Positions 59,140-62,757 of a stretch of DNA of 62,757 bases are shown here, piece by piece. Origin of the DNA: Verrucomicrobiota bacterium (lineage in GTDB: Bacteria; Verrucomicrobiota; Verrucomicrobiia; Verrucomicrobiales; DEV007); contig JASFYY010000011.1 in the NCBI GenBank assembly GCA_045046875.1, forward strand, positions 1-62,757, read 5' to 3'. The stretch's first letter is position 1; the number at the start of each line of letters is the position of its first letter. The notes beneath the pieces were generated by a model. The model searched no databases, had not been told where the DNA came from, and saw only the letters and a program-made list of their open reading frames with translations. The position numbers were made by a program, and so were the translations under genes.

Positions 59140-60501
59140 TTATTTGATCAGCTTGAGAAATTTTTTGATCCGCTTGCCAGGCACCAGGGCAAAAAGCTGG
59201 TTGCCCGCAGAGATGTCATCATCGGCGGCCGGGGTGGCGGTGCGGATGCTGTTCCCCAGCGCCACCAGAATACAGCCCGGGGGCCATTTGACATCTTTTA
59301 TCTTCTTGCCGTCGGCGAGCGAGCCGGCACTGACGGTTGCGGAAATCAACTTGCCGATTTTGAAGTCGCTGACCAGATGGTAGGCACCGGTCGATGTCAT
59401 TTCTCGCCGCAGGTCGTTGAGCGTCGCTTCGCGCGGGCTGATGGCTTCCATGATGCCCATACGCTCCCGGTAGCCAGTGATCGCATCCGCATAATCCGCG
59501 CGATGGATGAGGGTGAGGGCTTTGTCCGCCCCAAGGCTGCGAGCCTGCAGGCAAGTCATCACATTATCTTGATCCATTTCCGTAGTAGCGACAAAAAAAT
59601 CGATGTCTTCGATGTTTTCTTCTTTCAGATCGGCGACAAAAGTAGCGTCGATATTCAGGACGGTGGTTTTTTCCAGATTTTCCTGCAGCTCGGCGCACAG
59701 TTTTTCATTGGTTTCAAAAATACGCACCCGGGCATTCCAGCCTTCGAGGGTCTTGGCAAGGGAGAAGCCATATTCCCCACCGCCAAAAATAGCAACATTC
59801 GGCGGGGTTTCTTTACGGTTGCCGTGGTTCAAGCGCACGATCACATCATGCAGGCGCTTGGGTTCGCCAAAGATGGTAACGATATCGTTGCTCATCAAAA
59901 CCTCATCCGGCGTTACTTCGACGGATGTCACTCCCCGCATGATCCCGCCGATGCGAACCCGGTCGGGGAAGTCCAGTTCCCGCAGGGATTTCCCCCGAGC
60001 TTCACTTTTTGGAGAAACCCGCACCTGTTGCAGCTCGACATTGCCTCCGGCCAGTTCTTCGACAATCAGCGAGTCAGGGTTGCGGATCGGTTTGGACAGC
60101 TCGGCGGCTGCCAGTCGCTCAGAGCTGAACATGTAGTCGATGCCAAAATGCTCGCGGGGGTCAAATAACCATAGATTGCGCTCGAGATCTGGATGCACCC
60201 GGCAGAAGACGTTTTTTGCGCCCAGTTTTTTTGCCATCGAGGAGGCCACCTGGTTGATGTTGTTGTCGGCGGTCAGTGCCATGAAATAATCCGCTTCCGC
60301 CACATCGGCATCAAGCAAGTTTCCAATGGCGGTGCCGTCCCCATTGATCACCCGGCCGTCGATCAGGCGCTCCAGTTCGTTGGCCACTTCTTCATTCGAT
60401 TCGATAACCGTGATGAATTTATCCTCTTCAGCGAGACTCAAAGCGATGTGCCGTCCTATTTCCCCGGCTCCGATGATGACGATGTTTTGACCTTTTGACA
60501 T
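59140..60501 (-). CDS. trkA: Trk potassium uptake NAD-binding subunit
   Basis: Two RCK_N/RCK_C pairs (GAGEIG, GGGEYG). Confidence 0.93.
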   Translation of the reverse strand: MSKGQNIVIIGAGEIGRHIALSLAEEDKFITVIESNEEVANELERLIDGRVINGDGTAIGNLLDADVAEADYFMALTADNNINQVASSMAKKLGAKNVFCRVHPDLERNLWLFDPREHFGIDYMFSSERLAAAELSKPIRNPDSLIVEELAGGNVELQQVRVSPKSEARGKSLRELDFPDRVRIGGIMRGVTSVEVTPDEVLMSNDIVTIFGEPKRLHDVIVRLNHGNRKETPPNVAIFGGGEYGFSLAKTLEGWNARVRIFETNEKLCAELQENLEKTTVLNIDATFVADLKEENIEDIDFFVATTEMDQDNVMTCLQARSLGADKALTLIHRADYADAITGYRERMGIMEAISPREATLNDLRREMTSTGAYHLVSDFKIGKLISATVSAGSLADGKKIKDVKWPPGCILVALGNSIRTATPAADDDISAGNQLFALVPGKRIKKFLKLIK

Positions 60502-60718
60502 ACTTGGTGAAAAATTTCCGACAGATGGGATTCGATACGATCAGAGTGTTGAAAGCTGGAATGATGGAAGGGCTGAGGCGGATGGTCCGGGCAGGATTGA
60601 GCGGAGAAAGTCAATCTGGTAAGGCTTCGAAAGGGAAATGTTCCGAAAGGGAAATCCGAGTGATAGTGTGGCAGCGTGGCTGTGTTTGGTTAAGGAAACA
60701 AAGTTGTCGTGTTGATGG

Positions 60719-60747
60719 AGAATAAAGGATTCCACTGCTCAGGTCAA
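60719..60747 (-). promoter_or_regulatory. Sigma-70 promoter for trkA
   Basis: TTGACC-N17-TATTCT on the minus strand, implying a leader of about 210 nt. Confidence 0.5.
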
Positions 60748-60787
60748 TACCTAGCCCGCATTTCTCACAATATTTTACCGAGACTGT

Positions 60788-61372
60788 TCAGGCTGGAAAG
60801 ATTGAAAACCCTGCCAGCATCTTTTGGGTGACTTCCATCGGCAAACCAACCACATTGGTCCATGAACCAGCGGTTTGTTGGATGATCACTTCGCCATGCT
60901 CCTGGGCGGCGTAGGCGCCGGCTTTGTCGAGCGGGTTGATCAAGTCGTGATAGTCCTGCAGTTCCTGCTTGGACAGGGTCTTGAAGCTGACGTCGGTGAC
61001 TTCGCAGTGGCTCAGGCAGCGGCCATTGTTTTTGTGCATCAGGCAGACTCCGGTCATGACCTGGTGGGTGTGGCCGTTGAGCTGTTGGATCATTTCCAAA
61101 GCTTGTTTGCGATCAGCAGGTTTGCCCAGCGCCTGGCCGTCGATGGTGACCAGGGTGTCCGCTCCCAGCACCACCGCATCGGGAAAACGAGCAGCGACTT
61201 CTTCGGCTTTGAGCCGCGCGTTGGTTTGAGTCAGATCCTGCACATCCATACGGGAGTCGTGCAGCTCTTCCGCCGTCGAAGGCTCGATGGTGAATCGGTA
61301 GCAGGCTTCGTTGAGTAAATCCCGCCGTCGCGGCGATCCCGATCCGAGGATAAATGTTGGGTTTTGGCTCAT
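60788..61372 (-). CDS. maf: Maf family nucleotide pyrophosphatase
   Basis: Motifs LGSGSPRR, GADT, GKP, DKAGAY and NVVGLP. Confidence 0.95.
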   Translation of the reverse strand: MSQNPTFILGSGSPRRRDLLNEACYRFTIEPSTAEELHDSRMDVQDLTQTNARLKAEEVAARFPDAVVLGADTLVTIDGQALGKPADRKQALEMIQQLNGHTHQVMTGVCLMHKNNGRCLSHCEVTDVSFKTLSKQELQDYHDLINPLDKAGAYAAQEHGEVIIQQTAGSWTNVVGLPMEVTQKMLAGFSIFPA

Positions 61373-61510
61373 AGTGATGAAGAATGGTAGGACCGTTTTC
61401 CATATTTGTCGTGCGCGAATCTGAGCGCGAGGGGCACGTGAAAGCTCTTTGAGGCCTTTGTATGCTTATGATAAGCACATGTTCGGCTGAGATTCTGAGC
61501 TAAAACAAAT

Positions 61511-61615
61511 CCGCTGTATTTTCCAATGGAAAATTTTTGCCGCTGTATTATCCTATGGTTGGATATAAAGGAATTAACCTGTATTTTCCTTTGTAAGATA
61601 AACAACAAGTTCTGC
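61511..61615 (+). other. attI-like cassette insertion site with upstream direct repeats
   Basis: G/TTCTGC core at 61609-61615 is complementary to the GCAGAAC of the first attC and is preceded by TAAACAACAA, with no attC hairpin. CTGTATT(T/A)TCC repeats lie at 61514, 61543 and 61579. Confidence 0.65.
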
Positions 61616-61623
61616 CTATAGAT

Positions 61624-62058
61624 ATGGACGCACTCCGAGACTATGAAATAGAACTTATCCGAAGGATGATTGACCGGCCCAACCCAGAGGAAGAGTGGCT
61701 AGCTGTCGACGATTTGATCAAATTGAAACCCTATTTAGAGGAAATAGACACTTCTAAGTTTTTGAACTACGAGTACACTGTGGTTGGCTATTTTGTGACC
61801 GTCTCGCATCCGAAGATTCCAAATGAGAGGCTTGTTCTTTCTGCACCGAGAATCAGCTATGAAATCGACGGCAACGATATTGGTTTCGTTCTCTTCTTTG
61901 AAGATGGAGAACTAATGATTGATTGTCATGCACTTTCCGAGCACGATTGCCCAATTAACTCTAGAGATCGGGGGATAACCATTCGTGACGAACGCGACTT
62001 TAACAACCGGGCAGAACAAAACGGCGTAGACCAAGCCGCCACCCATCCGCAGTTATGA
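61624..62058 (+). CDS. Cassette 1 hypothetical protein
   Basis: ATG 8 nt after the core site; stop codon inside attC1. Confidence 0.8.
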   Translation: MDALRDYEIELIRRMIDRPNPEEEWLAVDDLIKLKPYLEEIDTSKFLNYEYTVVGYFVTVSHPKIPNERLVLSAPRISYEIDGNDIGFVLFFEDGELMIDCHALSEHDCPINSRDRGITIRDERDFNNRAEQNGVDQAATHPQL

Positions 62059-62131
62059 CTCACTTTAATTTTAACCATCAACCGAGGAAGCCACGCTCAC
62101 TCTCAGCGGCTGGCTAGCCTCCACGTTCGGC
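62011..62131 (+). repeat. attC site 1 (121 bp)
   Basis: R'' GCAGAAC and R' GTTCGGC, 5-nt spacers, arms GGC(G)TAG(A)CCA(A)GCCGC / GCGGCTGGCTAGCC with three extrahelical bases. Confidence 0.92.
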
Positions 62132-62151
62132 TTCATTTTTTCTAAATATAC

Positions 62152-62514
62152 ATGAACACTCCACTGAGCCTCAAATCTGCAGCCAATTGCCTTATCGCCA
62201 TTGGATTTCTCTACGTTCTTATGATCTCCCTCATAGTTGGAATGTCAGACCACACGCCAGATACGTTTGGCAAGGTGTTCGGTGGCTGCTTCCTTGGTTT
62301 GGGGCTTCTCCTCTGGATTGCAGCATTTCTTCTTTATCGGCAGAACAAAGCTGGAAAATATATTTGGTGGATTTGTTCCCCGCTCGTGCTGTTGCAGTTT
62401 CCAATTGGCACGGCACTGGGAGTTTACGTCTTTGTCTATCTCAATAAACCCGAATCCAAAGCGGCACTTGCAGGTCAAGTGCTCACCAATCCGCCGCCAA
62501 TTTCAAAATCATAA
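62152..62514 (+). CDS. Cassette 2 small membrane protein
   Basis: 3-4 TM helices, FPIGTALG motif, lies between attC1 and attC2. Confidence 0.85.
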   Translation: MNTPLSLKSAANCLIAIGFLYVLMISLIVGMSDHTPDTFGKVFGGCFLGLGLLLWIAAFLLYRQNKAGKYIWWICSPLVLLQFPIGTALGVYVFVYLNKPESKAALAGQVLTNPPPISKS

Positions 62515-62546
62515 CACCACTAAATCTCTTCCTGCCCAACCGCAAT

Positions 62547-62667
62547 GCCGAACAAAACGGCGTAGACCAAGCCGCCACCCGCCTTCAGTTATGACTCGCC
62601 TTAATTTTAACCATCAAACACAGAAGCTACGCTTGCACCCAGCGGCTGGCTAGCCTCTACGTTGTGC
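62547..62667 (+). repeat. attC site 2 (121 bp)
   Basis: R'' GCCGAAC and R' GTTGTGC; gapless alignment to attC1, about 102/121 identical by hand count. Confidence 0.92.
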
Positions 62668-62675
62668 AGAATAAA

Positions 62676-62757
62676 ATGAAAATATACGATGTCGGCCTTG
62701 TGGTTTCATATACTCTTTTTTCCGTGTTCTGTGGACTCTTCATAATGGGCATGCTGG
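62676..62757 (+). CDS. Cassette 3 ORF, partial (MKIYDVGLVVSYTLFSVFCGLFIMGML...)
   Basis: ATG 8 nt after attC2; frame open to the window end; hydrophobic. Confidence 0.65.
   Translation, partial: MKIYDVGLVVSYTLFSVFCGLFIMGML

Larger units (their letters stand above)
61610..62757 (+). mobile_element. Integron gene-cassette array (at least 3 cassettes, runs off the window)
   Basis: Single ORFs flanked by attC sites; each complete cassette's 5' core matches its own attC inverse core; more AT-rich than the backbone. Confidence 0.9.

Noticed and set aside
60502..60787. c-di-AMP (ydaO) riboswitch before trkA
   Set aside because: The conserved ydaO sequence elements are not visible.
61480..61493. 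LexA box of the TGTTC-N4-GAACA type
   Set aside because: Only the left half-site matches (TGTTC GGCT GAGAT).
61113..61608. Integrase or remnant in ORFs 61113-61478 and 61369-61608
   Set aside because: Short, no R-H-R-H-Y tyrosine recombinase motifs, and one overlaps maf; likely spurious.
61499..61615. A degenerate attC ahead of cassette 1
   Set aside because: An AAC is present, but the sequence after it is not complementary to that preceding the GTT at 61609.
62011..62667. CRISPR array
   Set aside because: The repeats are 121 bp, are separated by gene-length ORFs and have attC architecture; no cas genes are present.

Overview
Bacterial chromosomal window, most likely Verrucomicrobiota/PVC (inferred from gene content: DUF3500, DUF6797-like, FGE-domain pseudokinase, sulfatase, long PstC/PstA). 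It begins with tRNA-Gln(CTG). Most of it is housekeeping or ordinary accessory genes: lpxK, rph, rpmB, HU, pabB, nnrDE, proS, mog, pstSCAB-phoU, rmlBA, trkAH, maf. The notable parts are: (1) at the right end, the start of an integron-type cassette array with two 121-bp attC sites and three cassettes. It starts at an attI-like site preceded by three direct repeats, and maf, not an integrase, lies in the usual intI position. (2) An ArsS/ArsM cluster with a divergent ECF sigma/anti-sigma pair and three TGTAAG-N16/17-(C/A)GTC promoter motifs. (3) A Pro-rich tail-anchored repeat protein followed by an unannotated 26-aa peptide resembling its own TM anchor. (4) A DUF6797-like/cytochrome c locus with two frame breaks, one next to an (AAAAAGC)x3 repeat. 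All calls come from manual reading and motif recognition; no searches were run.
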